DNA of 62,809 nucleotides, counting the filler. It is 3 parts of 3 records of this genome, joined end to end, with 100 filler letters (N's around TTAATTAATTAA, not from the genome) between each part and the next. Parts side by side here need not be neighbours in the genome. Positions count along the whole stretch, not along the records: positions 31,953 to 57,321 come from SRR20825019_1154; 2 more parts are not named here. One strand, written 5' to 3'. Both the position numbers and the translations under genes were made by a program. The notes below the pieces were generated by a model. The model had not been told where the DNA came from, made no database searches, and saw only the letters and a program-made list of their open reading frames with translations. This document shows, one piece after another, positions 38,769-49,105 of the stretch (its first letter is position 1; each line of letters begins with the position of its first letter).

Positions 38769-40036
38769 GCGGCGACATGGACGGCATCAAGATCACTGAA
38801 CTCGCCAACGGCGCCCGTGTGGTGACCGACAAGATGGCCAGCGTCGAGAGCGTTTCTCTCGGCGCCTGGCTGAATGTCGGCACCCGGCACGAGGTCGCGG
38901 CCGAGAACGGTGTGGCGCACTTGCTGGAGCATATGGTGTTCAAGGGCACCAAGCGCCGCTCGGCGCTTCAGATCGCCGAGGAGATCGAGGCGGTCGGCGG
39001 GCACATGAATGCCTACACGGCGCGGGAGCAGACGGCCTATTACGCCAAAGTGCTGAAGGAAGACGTGTCGCTGGGTGTCGATGTCATCTCGGACATTCTG
39101 GTGAACTCGACCTTTGACGAGCAGGAACTGACCCGCGAGCGCTCGGTGATCATTCAGGAGATCGGCCAGGCGGCGGACACGCCGGACGATATCATCTTCG
39201 ATTATTTCCAGGAAACCGCCTACCCGGAGCAGGCCATGGGCCGCCCGGTGCTGGGTCTTTCCGAGATCGTCCAGGGGATGAGCCGGGACGGCATCATGGC
39301 TTTCATCAACGAGAATTACGCAGGCGACAGCCTGGTCTTCTCCGCCGCCGGTGCCGTCGAGCATGACGCGGTGGTGGCCGAGGTCGAACGCGGTTTCGGC
39401 ACGCTCGGTGCGAAGACGGCCGCGAAGACCGAACGGGCGGAATACAAGGGCGGCGAAATCCGGGTCGAGAAGGATCTGGAGCAGTTGCACCTGTTGCTCG
39501 GTTTCGAGGGCACGGGCTTCCACGATCCGGACTTCTACGCCCAGCAGGTCCTCTCCATGCTGTTCGGCGGCGGCATGTCCTCGCGCCTGTTCCAGGAAGT
39601 GCGCGAGAAGCGCGGGCTGGTCTATTCGGTCTATTCCTTCAGCGCGGCCTATAACGATGGCGGCATGTTCTCGGTCTATGCCGGAACCGGCGAAAAGGAA
39701 TCCATCGAGCTGATGCCGGTGGTCTGCGACGAGCTGATGGATGTCGCCGCCAGCGTCACCGAGGAAGAGGTGATGCGGGCCCGTACCCAGCTCCGCTCCG
39801 GCCTGCTGATGAGCCGGGAGAGCACGTCGAACCGGTGCGAGCAGCTGGCCCAGCACATGCTGGTCTATGGCCGTCCGGTCTCGGTGGAAGAGCTTGTCAC
39901 CAAGGTCGATGCGGTCGATACGGCGGCGATCCGCCGGGTGGCGGAACGCTTGCTCAAGAGCACGCCGACCCTGGCCGCTCTCGGCCCGACCGGCAGCCTT
40001 GAATCCTACGACAAGATCTGCGCCCGGCTGAACTGA
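38765..40036 (+). CDS. M16 (pitrilysin/MPP-like) peptidase
   Basis: AHLLEHMVFKGT (HxxEH), SSRLFQEVREKRGLVY. Confidence 0.95.
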   Translation: MSGDMDGIKITELANGARVVTDKMASVESVSLGAWLNVGTRHEVAAENGVAHLLEHMVFKGTKRRSALQIAEEIEAVGGHMNAYTAREQTAYYAKVLKEDVSLGVDVISDILVNSTFDEQELTRERSVIIQEIGQAADTPDDIIFDYFQETAYPEQAMGRPVLGLSEIVQGMSRDGIMAFINENYAGDSLVFSAAGAVEHDAVVAEVERGFGTLGAKTAAKTERAEYKGGEIRVEKDLEQLHLLLGFEGTGFHDPDFYAQQVLSMLFGGGMSSRLFQEVREKRGLVYSVYSFSAAYNDGGMFSVYAGTGEKESIELMPVVCDELMDVAASVTEEEVMRARTQLRSGLLMSRESTSNRCEQLAQHMLVYGRPVSVEELVTKVDAVDTAAIRRVAERLLKSTPTLAALGPTGSLESYDKICARLN

Positions 40037-40166
40037 CCGGCTGGTCGGCCCCCTCCCAAATTTCCCGGCACCACACGGCAAGGTTTGTCGTGCGGTTGTT
40101 CCGCTTGCCATTCGCAGGGTTAACGGGAAAAATGATCCTGTAACGGGCACCGAGGGGATACGCGAA

Positions 40167-40778
40167 GTGGTCCTGACGTTTTTTCCGCCGTCCAAGATCG
40201 AGCCGCGCGTGTCTCTGCCGCGACTTTATCTCAGGCAGCCGAACAAGAACGACTGGCGTGAATGGGCTGAGCTGCGCGCGATCAGCCGGGACTTTCTTGT
40301 CGAGTGGGAACCACGTTGGCCGGACGACGCCTTGACCCGCGCCGCCTTCCGTCGCCGCCTTGCCCGTTATGCCGAGGACTGGTCACGGGACCAGGGTTAT
40401 TCCTTCCTGATTTACCGGCGCAGCGACGATGCGCTGGTTGGCGGCATCACCATCGCCAATGTGCGCCGGGGCGTGGCTCAGTGCTGCACTATCGGCTACT
40501 GGATCGGCCGCCCGCATGCCCGGCGTGGCTATATGACCGAAGCCGTGCATGGCGCCTGCTCCTTCTGTTTCGATCAGCTTTCCCTGCATCGGGTCGAGGC
40601 GGCCTGCCTGCCGCGTAACGAGCCGAGCCAAGGTGTGCTGCGCAAGGCCGGGTTCCGCGAGGAAGGGCTGGCCAAGAAATACCTGAAGATCGACGGCCGC
40701 TGGCAGGATCACGTCCTGTTCGCATTGCTGCGCGAGGATTTTTATCCAAGCTTCGCGGATGAGCTGAAGCACTTCTAG
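40167..40778 (+). CDS. rimJ: RimJ-like N-acetyltransferase
   Basis: SRDFLVEWEP, VRRGVAQ..TIGYWIG, LHRVEAAC, YLKIDGRWQDH; conserved position after the M16 peptidase. Confidence 0.85.
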   Translation: MVLTFFPPSKIEPRVSLPRLYLRQPNKNDWREWAELRAISRDFLVEWEPRWPDDALTRAAFRRRLARYAEDWSRDQGYSFLIYRRSDDALVGGITIANVRRGVAQCCTIGYWIGRPHARRGYMTEAVHGACSFCFDQLSLHRVEAACLPRNEPSQGVLRKAGFREEGLAKKYLKIDGRWQDHVLFALLREDFYPSFADELKHF

Positions 40779-40796
40779 TCCGGACAGCTTCCGGAT

Positions 40797-41747
40797 CTAA
40801 TACGACCCCGCAACCGCCAGATAGAACGAGAGTGTCGCGACCGAGAGCACGGTTGTCGTCAGCACGACACGGCTCGTGAGCAGGGCTTCGCGCTGGTAGA
40901 ATTCCGCCAGCATGAAGGGGCCTGTGCCGGTCGGCAGGGCGGCGAGAAGCACCGCAATGTAAGCGACACTTGAGGGCAGGGCGAGGATCGGGACCGCGAC
41001 CACCCAGGTAACGGCGGGTTGCCCCACCAGTTTGAGAGCGACCAGCGCTGCCTGCACCCGGTGGTTCACGCCGGGGCTGATGTTCCGGCCGGCATTGTCG
41101 GCGAGGAACAGCCCGAGCGAGACGAGGGCGCAGGGCGAGGCCGCCCCGCCCAGCAGTGCCAGATAGCTGTCGAGGATCTCAGGGAGCGAGAGACCCGACG
41201 CCATGAACAGGGCACCGAGGGCGGGAGCGACAAGGAGCGGGTTTTTGGCGAGCGCGATAACAGTCTTGCGAAGAATGTCGCGGCGCCGCGACCCGGTTTG
41301 CAGAGCACATTCGATCAGTACGATCGCGGCCGCGAAGAGCACGCAGGCAGTCAGGATTGTCGCGATCATTGTGGCGCCCATGGCGGAGCTGCCGATCACG
41401 GCGAGGACCAGCGGGAACCCCATATATCCGGTATTCGGATAGCTCGCGTTGAGCGCGTCGATGGCGGCGTCGGCAAGATGGCTGCCCTGCCGCATGCGGA
41501 TCAGGAGTGTGGCGCCGAAGATCAGCGCGCAGCCCGCCGTGAAGGCGAGGATAAAGTCCGGCTGCCAGATCTCCGCCGGATCCGCATTCGCCATGATGCT
41601 GAACAGCATCGCCGGCAGGGCCAGATAGACCACGAGCCGGTTGACCTCCCGCGTCGCGGTCGGGCCGAGAGCGCCAAAGCGCCGCGCGGCATATCCCGTC
41701 AGGACGAGCGCGAAGATCGGCAGCACGATAAGCAGATTGGAGAGCAT
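40797..41747 (-). CDS. AEC-family (auxin efflux carrier-like) transporter
   Basis: VLPIF, YLALPA, NTGYMGFP, ALPTG; many TM segments. Confidence 0.88.
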   Translation of the reverse strand: MLSNLLIVLPIFALVLTGYAARRFGALGPTATREVNRLVVYLALPAMLFSIMANADPAEIWQPDFILAFTAGCALIFGATLLIRMRQGSHLADAAIDALNASYPNTGYMGFPLVLAVIGSSAMGATMIATILTACVLFAAAIVLIECALQTGSRRRDILRKTVIALAKNPLLVAPALGALFMASGLSLPEILDSYLALLGGAASPCALVSLGLFLADNAGRNISPGVNHRVQAALVALKLVGQPAVTWVVAVPILALPSSVAYIAVLLAALPTGTGPFMLAEFYQREALLTSRVVLTTTVLSVATLSFYLAVAGSY

Positions 41748-41861
41748 GGATGGATGAGGCGCCAGAGGAAGGACCAGAAGAAGGAATAGTCTTTCCCTAA
41801 TCCGTTCCTGCGATACAATCCAATCCAATATTAGCTCACCATCAAACCAATTAAGGTATCA

Positions 41862-42755
41862 ATGGATACGCGCCAGATGCGCTATTTCGTGGCCCTCGCC
41901 GAAACGCTGCATTTCGGGCGGGCGGCGGAGCGCCTGAACATGACCCAACCCCCCTTCAGCCGGCAGATCGCCAATCTCGAACGGGATCTCGGGGTGACGC
42001 TGGTGAACAGGACGTCGCGGCAGGTTTCGCTGACACTGGCTGGGCAACGCTTCCTTGAAGATTCCCGACAGGTTCTGGCCCGCTTCGATACCGCCTGCCG
42101 GGATGCGCGACTTGTCGCGGAGGGGCAGAAGGGAGAGCTGCGCTTCGGCTTCATGATGCATGCCGCGCACCGGATCGTGCCGCGCATCGTCAGCGGCTAT
42201 TCCGCCATCAGGCCGGATGTCCGGCTGTCTCTTTCGGAGACCACACCGGCGGATATCGAGCGCCTGTTGCTGAACGGAGAACTCGATGCCGCCGTGACTT
42301 TCTCTGGCGGCACCGCACCGCAACTCGAAAGTCTGCCGATCTTCACCGATCGTCTCTGCCTTGTGGTGCCGCCATCGCACCGGCTGGCCGCGTGCGCCTC
42401 CGTCGAGGCGCAGGACCTGCGGGATGAAGACGTTATCGCCACTCCGGCAAGCGTTGCGGAGACGCTGCACCGGACCATCGTTGAGTATCTCACGGGTGGG
42501 GGCGTGGTGCCGCGCTTCCGCTTCGAGCCGCAATTGCAGAACACGATCCTGCGCCTGGTCGCGGCCGGGCTCGGGGTGGCTCTGGTGCCGGAATCGATCT
42601 GTGACGAAGAACCTGACGGCCTGGTTGCGCGGCCGCTTGCCGGCGCGCCCGAGCTGGAGGTGGTTCTGAAAATAACGCGGGAGCGGGACAATCCGGCTGT
42701 CGCCCCGTTGGTGGAGCTGATCCGCACGCAGTCATTTTCCGGCCCGGATGCATGA
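41862..42755 (+). CDS. LysR-family regulator divergent from the AEC transporter
   Basis: YFVALAETLHFGRAAERLNMTQPPFSRQI. Confidence 0.95.
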   Translation: MDTRQMRYFVALAETLHFGRAAERLNMTQPPFSRQIANLERDLGVTLVNRTSRQVSLTLAGQRFLEDSRQVLARFDTACRDARLVAEGQKGELRFGFMMHAAHRIVPRIVSGYSAIRPDVRLSLSETTPADIERLLLNGELDAAVTFSGGTAPQLESLPIFTDRLCLVVPPSHRLAACASVEAQDLRDEDVIATPASVAETLHRTIVEYLTGGGVVPRFRFEPQLQNTILRLVAAGLGVALVPESICDEEPDGLVARPLAGAPELEVVLKITRERDNPAVAPLVELIRTQSFSGPDA

Positions 42756-42872
42756 TGCCGGAATTTCTTCGGCTGAAAAGACGCGGACCGGCTCGACGTG
42801 GAGCAAGCATCGGGGCATTCTTCCATGCACATTCCTCATCGGCCGCCCCGGCCGGCATCCACTGGATTTCAC

Positions 42873-44075
42873 ATGACCGACACGCCCGCGTTTTCCTCGC
42901 GTCACCACAACCAGATTTCAGCCCTGCACAGCGATGTCACCGCATGGCGCCGTGATCTCCATGCTCACCCCGAAACCGGGTTCGAGGAAGTGCGCACCGC
43001 CGGGATCGTCGCGGAGAAGCTTAAGGCTTTCGGTGTTGACGAGATCATGACCGGGATCGCCAAAACCGGTGTCGTGGGCATCGTGCGCGGGCGCTCGGAG
43101 GGGCCGATGATCGGGCTACGCGCGGACATGGACGCGCTGCCGATGCAGGAGTTCGGCGATGTGCCGCATAAATCGACGGTGCCCGGAAAGATGCATGCCT
43201 GCGGTCATGACGGACACACCGCGATGCTGCTCGGCGCCGCGAAGCTGCTGGCCGAGAGCCGGGATTTCGCCGGCTCCGTCGCGCTGATCTTCCAGCCGGC
43301 GGAAGAGGGCGGTGGCGGCGGCCGGGTGATGGTCGAGGAAGGCATGTTCGAGCGGGCGAATTGCGAGACGGTCTGGGGCCTGCATAACTGGCCCGACCTG
43401 CCGCTCGGGACTTTCTGCCCGCTGGCCGGACCGACGATGGCCGGTATCGACTATTTTGACATCGCGGTGCGCGGCCAGGGCACCCATGCGGGCATGCCGC
43501 ACGATGGCGTGGACACGGTGCTGGCGGCGGCCCATCTGGTCACCGCGATCCAGAGCGTGCCGGGGCGCAACGTCTCGCCGCACAAGACCGCGACCATCGG
43601 GGTTTCGATGTTCAAGGGCTCGGACGCTTATGTGGTGATGCCGGACGAAGCGGTGATCGGCGGCTCGGTGCGCTATTTCGAGTCGGGCGTGCGCGACCTC
43701 GCCGAGGAACGCATCCGCGCGCTGGCGACCGGGATCGCCGAGGGCTTCGGCTGCGAGGCGGTGATCGACTACCGCAAGAACTATCCCCCGGCCATCAACC
43801 CGCCCGCCGAAGCCGAGGTCGCGGCTGAAATCGCAACGGCGGTCGTTGGCGCCGACAGGGTCATCCGGGAGCATGATCCCTGCATGGCGGGCGAGGATTT
43901 CTCCTTCATGCTGAACGAGCGCCCGGGGAACTATATCTGGATGGGCACGGCGGCGCCGGATCACAAGTCCGGCAAGCTGCACTACCCGGATTACGATTTC
44001 AACGACGCGTCCATTCCGCTTGGCATCGGCTACTGGATGGCATTGGTGGACACGTTGCTGCCGTCGAACGCCTAG
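42873..44075 (+). CDS. M20D amidohydrolase (hippurate hydrolase-like)
   Basis: RRDLHAHPE, LRADMDALP, MHACGHDGH, FQPAEE, GEDF, LH. Confidence 0.93.
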   Translation: MTDTPAFSSRHHNQISALHSDVTAWRRDLHAHPETGFEEVRTAGIVAEKLKAFGVDEIMTGIAKTGVVGIVRGRSEGPMIGLRADMDALPMQEFGDVPHKSTVPGKMHACGHDGHTAMLLGAAKLLAESRDFAGSVALIFQPAEEGGGGGRVMVEEGMFERANCETVWGLHNWPDLPLGTFCPLAGPTMAGIDYFDIAVRGQGTHAGMPHDGVDTVLAAAHLVTAIQSVPGRNVSPHKTATIGVSMFKGSDAYVVMPDEAVIGGSVRYFESGVRDLAEERIRALATGIAEGFGCEAVIDYRKNYPPAINPPAEAEVAAEIATAVVGADRVIREHDPCMAGEDFSFMLNERPGNYIWMGTAAPDHKSGKLHYPDYDFNDASIPLGIGYWMALVDTLLPSNA

Positions 44076-44123
44076 GCTAACGCTTGAAGCCTTGAGCGTT
44101 GACGGCTGACTGGGGTGCAGAAG

Positions 44124-44471
44124 ATGAGCGTCTATTCAGGCAGTTGTCATTGCGGATCGGTGCGTTTCAGGCTGAAGGCCGACCTTGATCATGTCCGTGT
44201 GTGCGATTGCTCGATCTGCCGGCGGCGGGGGGCATTGCTACACCGGGTGGAAGAAAACGCCCTGGAGCTGCTGACGCCGCTTGAGGAGCTCACGACCTAC
44301 CAGTTCAACACAAAGCAAGCGACGGACTATTTTTGCCCGCGCTGCGGCATCCTGCCGTTCCGCAGACCACGGACCGCCCCGCATTTATGGTCGGTCAACG
44401 TGCGCTGTCTGGAGGATGTCGATATAGACGCAATTCCGGTTGAACGGGTGCATGGCAGCCGTCTGTCGTGA
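44124..44471 (+). CDS. GFA/CENP-V family protein
   Basis: GSCHCG, CDCSIC, FCPRCG. Confidence 0.9.
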   Translation: MSVYSGSCHCGSVRFRLKADLDHVRVCDCSICRRRGALLHRVEENALELLTPLEELTTYQFNTKQATDYFCPRCGILPFRRPRTAPHLWSVNVRCLEDVDIDAIPVERVHGSRLS

Positions 44472-44504
44472 GGTGCCTCCCGTTGTTCCACGGGGCAGGA
44501 ACCT

Positions 44505-44789
44505 TCAGGCGTGGATCGCGATCCGGATGTTCGATCCGGTCGCGCGCGCGACCCGGCGTACGGTCTCGAGGGAAGGGAGGGTTTTGCCTCCCTCAAGGCG
44601 CGCGATGGTGCTGCGGGAGGTATTCATTCTCTCGGCCAGCGCCTGCTGCGTCAGACCGGCTTTCGTGCGGGCAGCGATGAGCTTGCGCGCAACCTCGAAT
44701 TCCAGTTCGAGAGCATCGTATTCAGACCGCGTTTCGGGGTTCTGAAGCAGTTCCTCCTGCAGGTCTGCGAATGCGATCTTTTCAACCAT
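44505..44789 (-). CDS. XRE-family HTH protein, HigA-like antitoxin
   Basis: EYDALELEFEVAR..IAARTKAGLTQQALAERM..S.IARLEGG..PSL. Confidence 0.85.
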   Translation of the reverse strand: MVEKIAFADLQEELLQNPETRSEYDALELEFEVARKLIAARTKAGLTQQALAERMNTSRSTIARLEGGKTLPSLETVRRVARATGSNIRIAIHA

Positions 44790-44887
44790 GGTCCAACATC
44801 CGTTTCATCGCCTTCGCGAGTTCCCGATCGGGCGTTTTCTGGGTCTTTTTGGCGAAGGCGCTCAGGATGACAATTCGGCAATCGCGT
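44782..44887 (-). pseudogene. C-terminal remnant of a RelE/HigB (Gp49-like) toxin
   Basis: RIVILSAFAKKTQKTPDRELAKAMKRMLDHG*; stop overlaps the antitoxin start; N-terminal part and start codon missing. Confidence 0.75.
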
Positions 44888-44937
44888 TTTGGCTCGATAA
44901 TGTGACGTTCTGGAGTGCTTTTTCGGTAGAGCGGAAC

Positions 44938-45528
44938 CTATGCCCGCCCGGCCTCGGTCGAGAGCAGGGCGGAATCGACGCCGAGTTTGGCCAGTGCCCG
45001 GTCCCATTTGCTGTCGAGATCGGTATCGAAGACCAGCGCGTTATCCGCGGCGACATTGAGCCAGGCGTTTTCCTGGATCTCGCCGTCGAGCTGGCCCGGG
45101 CCCCAGCCCGCGTAACCGAGGGCCAGAAGATGGTTCTTCGGCCCGCTGCCCGATGCGATGGTGCGGACGATATCGACGGTGGCGGTCAGGCCGAATTCCG
45201 CGTCGATACCCAGTGTTTCCTCACTCTGATAATCGGCGCTGTGCAGCACGAAGCCGCGTTCCGTATCGACCGGTCCGCCGAAATGCACCGGCGGACTGGC
45301 AACCAGATCGTCTTCGCCGAACTTCATGTCGAGCTGTTCGATCAGATCACCGAATTCGATGGAGCCGACCAGTCGATTGACGACCAGGCCGATTGCGCCA
45401 TCGGCGTTATGGACGCAGATATAGATCACGGAACGGGCAAAACGCGGATCGCGCATTGCCGGCATGGCCACCAGAAGCTGTCCGGTGAGATAGCCTTCCT
45501 GGGTTTCCTCGGCGACGGTAGTAGGCAT
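44938..45528 (-). CDS. yqgE: YqgE/AlgH family protein
   Basis: LLVAMP..DPRF.RSVIY, GGPV...RGFVLH, LGYAGWGPGQL. Confidence 0.93.
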   Translation of the reverse strand: MPTTVAEETQEGYLTGQLLVAMPAMRDPRFARSVIYICVHNADGAIGLVVNRLVGSIEFGDLIEQLDMKFGEDDLVASPPVHFGGPVDTERGFVLHSADYQSEETLGIDAEFGLTATVDIVRTIASGSGPKNHLLALGYAGWGPGQLDGEIQENAWLNVAADNALVFDTDLDSKWDRALAKLGVDSALLSTEAGRA

Positions 45529-45675
45529 TCTTGTCTGTCCTGATCCCTGGTGGCGCTTGATCCGCCAATTCTTTCCATGGTTCCGGAAAATGTGACCGAC
45601 GTGGCGGCTCCGGTCCACTATATATGCGGTACGAAAAGGGTATGAAACCCCTGCAACAAGCTCGGGCATCTGATT

Positions 45676-47799
45676 ATGAGTTGGTTCATCCGCCCCGAAA
45701 ATCGAATCCTGGCCGTCATTCTGGGCATCATCGTGGCGCTCGGTATTTTCACACGCCCGGCTTCCGCCGCGACGGGGGCGTCCGATTGGGTCAGTACGGA
45801 TTTCGCCGATGTCCGGCTTGTCTCGGCGGTCGCGGGAACCGAAGGTCAGGAAGATGTTCCGCTCGGCCTCCAGTTTCGCCTGGCGGAAGGCTGGAAAGTT
45901 TACTGGCGGGCGCCTGGCGATGCGGGTTATCCGCCGGAAATAGACTGGCAGGGCTCCGGTAATCTGGCCGGGACATCCTGGCGCTGGCCGGTGCCGGAAC
46001 GGTTCAGCCTGTTCGGTCTGGAGACCTACGGCTATCACGACGAAGTGGTGATCCCGATCCGCGCGACGCTTTCCCAGCCGGGCGCGCCGTTGCAGTTGCG
46101 GGCGGAGATGAATGCACTCGCCTGCAGCGATATCTGCGTGCCATTGACGGCAAGTCTGTCGCTCGATCTTGCCGGAGATGCCGCCGGGCCGACGGCCTTT
46201 GCTCAATTGATCGACCGGTTCCGCGCCCGGGTGCCGAAGAATTTGAGCGGGCTTGGCCTCGATATCGGCCCTGTCACGGCGGCCGGGGCGCCGGAGCCGC
46301 ATTCGCTTGCCATCTCCATCAGTTCGGACAGCCCGCTCGATGCGCCGGATGTGTTTCCGGAAGCACGGCAGGGTTTTTCATTCGGCAAACCAACAATTGT
46401 CTATTCCGCCGACCGGCAATCCGCCGTGCTGACGGTTCCGGCAGCCGTGCCCGAGGGCAGCAGGCTGACCGGTGAGGAAATTACCCTGACGCTGGTCGAC
46501 GGGGACCGCTTCCTTGAGCGCAAGTTCACGGTTTCGGAAATGCTGGAAGGCGGGACGTCCAACCGTTGGGCGGCATTGGCTGCAATACTTGGTATTGCCT
46601 TTCTTGGCGGGCTGATCCTGAACCTGATGCCCTGCGTTCTGCCGGTTCTGTCCCTGAAGCTGGTTGGCGCGGTGGCATATGGCGGGGCTGATAAAGGGGA
46701 GATCCGGGCCGGGTTTCTGGCCTCGGCCGCAGGCATCGTGGCATCGTTTCTGCTGCTGGCCGGTGGGGCGATCGCGCTGAAAGAGGCGGGCCTTGCCGTG
46801 GGCTGGGGCATCCAGTTCCAGCAACCGCTGTTCCTCGCGCTGATGGTGACGCTCCTGATACTTTTCGCGGGCAATCTTCTTGGTCTGTTCGAGATCAGCC
46901 TGCCGCAACGGCTGTCGGATCTCGGGCTCGCGGCTTCCGATACCGATGGCAAGACCGGCCTGGTCGGCCATTTCCTGACCGGCGCTTTTGCCACCCTGCT
47001 GGCGACACCCTGCTCCGCCCCGTTTCTCGGCACGGCCATTGGTTTCGCGCTGTCGCGCGGGGCGGTGGAGATCGCCGTGGTCTTTCTGGTCATGGGGCTT
47101 GGTTTGGCGGCGCCTTATCTGCTCGTGGCGGCGCTGCCGGGGCTGGCGCGTGCCTTGCCACGGCCGGGCGCCTGGATGATCTGGCTGCGCCGAATTCTCG
47201 GACTGGCGCTGGTTGCGACGGCTCTGTGGCTCTTCACCGTTTTCGCCGCGACCGCTGTGATGCGCGATACACTTTTGCTCGGCGGGCTGGCGCTGGCGCT
47301 GACGGCAGCACTGACCTGGAGAGCATGGAACGGCGCGCCTGGTCGCCGGGTTGCCGCACCGCTCGCCCTGATTGCCATGCTTGCGGTCGTTGCCGTCGGC
47401 GTACAGGCCACGCCCCGGGAGCAAGCGGCTCCGGCGCCTTCCATATATGAAACGGCCTGGCGGCCTTTTGACCAGCGGGAGATCGCCCGGCTTGTGGCCG
47501 AGGGCAAGACGGTGCTGGTCGATGTCACCGCGGACTGGTGCCTGACCTGCAAGGTCAACAAATCTCTGGTTCTCGAAACCGAGGAGATTTCCGGGTTGAT
47601 CGGGGCGGATGATGTGATCGCGATGCGGGCCGACTGGACGGCTCCCGATCCGAAGATCGCGGACTATCTGGCCTCTTTCGGCCGGTATGGCATTCCGTTC
47701 AATGCGGTTTATGGCCCGGGCGCACCCGGCGGCCTGGCGCTGCCGGAACTGCTCAGCCTGGAAGCGGTGCAATCCGCAATCGAACAGGCAGGTAGTTGA
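45676..47799 (+). CDS. DsbD/ScsB-family thiol:disulfide interchange protein
   Basis: GWKVYWRAPG, CSDIC, NLMPCVLP, ATPCSAP, TADWCLTC. Confidence 0.92.
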   Translation: MSWFIRPENRILAVILGIIVALGIFTRPASAATGASDWVSTDFADVRLVSAVAGTEGQEDVPLGLQFRLAEGWKVYWRAPGDAGYPPEIDWQGSGNLAGTSWRWPVPERFSLFGLETYGYHDEVVIPIRATLSQPGAPLQLRAEMNALACSDICVPLTASLSLDLAGDAAGPTAFAQLIDRFRARVPKNLSGLGLDIGPVTAAGAPEPHSLAISISSDSPLDAPDVFPEARQGFSFGKPTIVYSADRQSAVLTVPAAVPEGSRLTGEEITLTLVDGDRFLERKFTVSEMLEGGTSNRWAALAAILGIAFLGGLILNLMPCVLPVLSLKLVGAVAYGGADKGEIRAGFLASAAGIVASFLLLAGGAIALKEAGLAVGWGIQFQQPLFLALMVTLLILFAGNLLGLFEISLPQRLSDLGLAASDTDGKTGLVGHFLTGAFATLLATPCSAPFLGTAIGFALSRGAVEIAVVFLVMGLGLAAPYLLVAALPGLARALPRPGAWMIWLRRILGLALVATALWLFTVFAATAVMRDTLLLGGLALALTAALTWRAWNGAPGRRVAAPLALIAMLAVVAVGVQATPREQAAPAPSIYETAWRPFDQREIARLVAEGKTVLVDVTADWCLTCKVNKSLVLETEEISGLIGADDVIAMRADWTAPDPKIADYLASFGRYGIPFNAVYGPGAPGGLALPELLSLEAVQSAIEQAGS

Positions 47800-47904
47800 C
47801 GGAATTGGAATTCGGGCTGGCCGTCACCATCTCAAGCATCGTATTCCATTCATACTGAATTTTCTTGGCCGTTCCGGCCAGATAACATCCAGGGAGAGAC
47901 CAGA

Positions 47905-48387
47905 ATGACCATCAAGGTTGGGGATGCATTCCCGGCGCTGACGCTGAAAACAAACACGGCGGACGGGATCGACGATCTCGATACGGCGGAATTCTTCAAG
48001 GGCCGCAAGGTTGTCCTGTTCGCGGTGCCGGGGGCATTCACGCCGACCTGTTCCGTCAAGCATCTGCCGGGCTTCGTGCAGAAGGCGGGCGATCTGAAGG
48101 CAAAGGGCGTCGACGCGATTGCCTGTACGGCCGTGAACGATGCTTTCGTCATGGGTGCCTGGGCCAAGGATCAGGGTGCGGGCGATGCCGTCACCATGAT
48201 CGCGGACGGGAATGGCGATCTCGCCAAGGCTCTCGGTCTTGAGATGGATGTTTCCGCAGCGGGCCTCGGCACGCGCTCCCAGCGCTATGCGATGCTTGTC
48301 GAGGACGGCGCCGTCTCCAAGCTTTTCATCGAAGAGCCGCGTGCCTTCGAAGTTTCCAGCGCCGAACACGTGCTGGCCAATATCTGA
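47905..48387 (+). CDS. Peroxiredoxin (Prx5-type)
   Basis: VPGAFTPTCS..HLPG, VNDAFVM, RSQRY. Confidence 0.95.
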   Translation: MTIKVGDAFPALTLKTNTADGIDDLDTAEFFKGRKVVLFAVPGAFTPTCSVKHLPGFVQKAGDLKAKGVDAIACTAVNDAFVMGAWAKDQGAGDAVTMIADGNGDLAKALGLEMDVSAAGLGTRSQRYAMLVEDGAVSKLFIEEPRAFEVSSAEHVLANI

Positions 48388-48403
48388 CATCTGATGTCAG
48401 TGA

Positions 48404-48430
48404 TCCGGAGCGGCGCTTTGCCGCTCCGGA
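48404..48430. terminator. Hairpin between convergent genes
   Basis: TCCGGAGCGGC / GCCGCTCCGGA 11-bp stem. Confidence 0.6.
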
Positions 48431-48443
48431 CATACTCCGCGCT

Positions 48444-49028
48444 TTAGCGGAGAAATTCTCCGAGATGGGCCGTCACCTGCGGGCGCACGGCCGTATCGAA
48501 ATCATTCAGCAGTTTTTCCGTCAGCCCGTACCAGAGGGTTTCCCTGTCCGCGAGAGTGGCGTCCTCGGGGATCGTCGCGCTGCGGGTGGCGAAAGCCTCC
48601 GCCACGGCCCGGCGCTTGTTGTCCGGGGTGCGGATTTCCAGCCGGACGGCGATGCGGCCTTCATACCGTTCCGTCTGATCGGTCGTGAAAGCGCCTTCCA
48701 GGCCCTTCTTTACTTTCAGCGGGGTTTCGGTCACCGAGGCATCGGTGATCACCATCACCAGCTTGTCTGTGCCGCCAGCGGCCTGCAGCACGTCCTGTGC
48801 CCAGCGTTCGGCAGCCGGGCCGGGCGCCACGGGCATCTTGTGCTCCACATTCGGCGCGGCGAACGGCATGCTGAATTCATTGACGACCTCGACGGAGCCG
48901 ACGGCAAGCCGGATCGGTTTCTTGTGCCGGAAAGTCAGCTCCGGAAAATTCGCCGTTGGCGGTGTTGCACAGGCACCGAGCAGCGGCGCCGCGAAGACAA
49001 AGAGAAGAAAAGCTAGCCGGACTCGCAT
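48444..49028 (-). CDS. Hypothetical lipoprotein
   Basis: Signal peptide with lipobox LGAC. Confidence 0.75.
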   Translation of the reverse strand: MRVRLAFLLFVFAAPLLGACATPPTANFPELTFRHKKPIRLAVGSVEVVNEFSMPFAAPNVEHKMPVAPGPAAERWAQDVLQAAGGTDKLVMVITDASVTETPLKVKKGLEGAFTTDQTERYEGRIAVRLEIRTPDNKRRAVAEAFATRSATIPEDATLADRETLWYGLTEKLLNDFDTAVRPQVTAHLGEFLR

Positions 49029-49105
49029 TGAGATCCCCCCAAGGATTTAAAGGATGAATGAGCCGTAGCCCCCATCCTAACTCAAGCGATGGGGCAGCAT
49101 TGTGA

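Noticed and set aside
42873-44075. Hippurate-hydrolase-like enzyme as a partner of the Gly-NRPS
   Set aside because: Lies on a different contig, likely a different organism.
44938-46302. 454-aa 'extended' YqgE ORF
   Set aside because: The N-terminal extension is antisense to the dsbD-like gene; YqgE similarity starts only near 45528.
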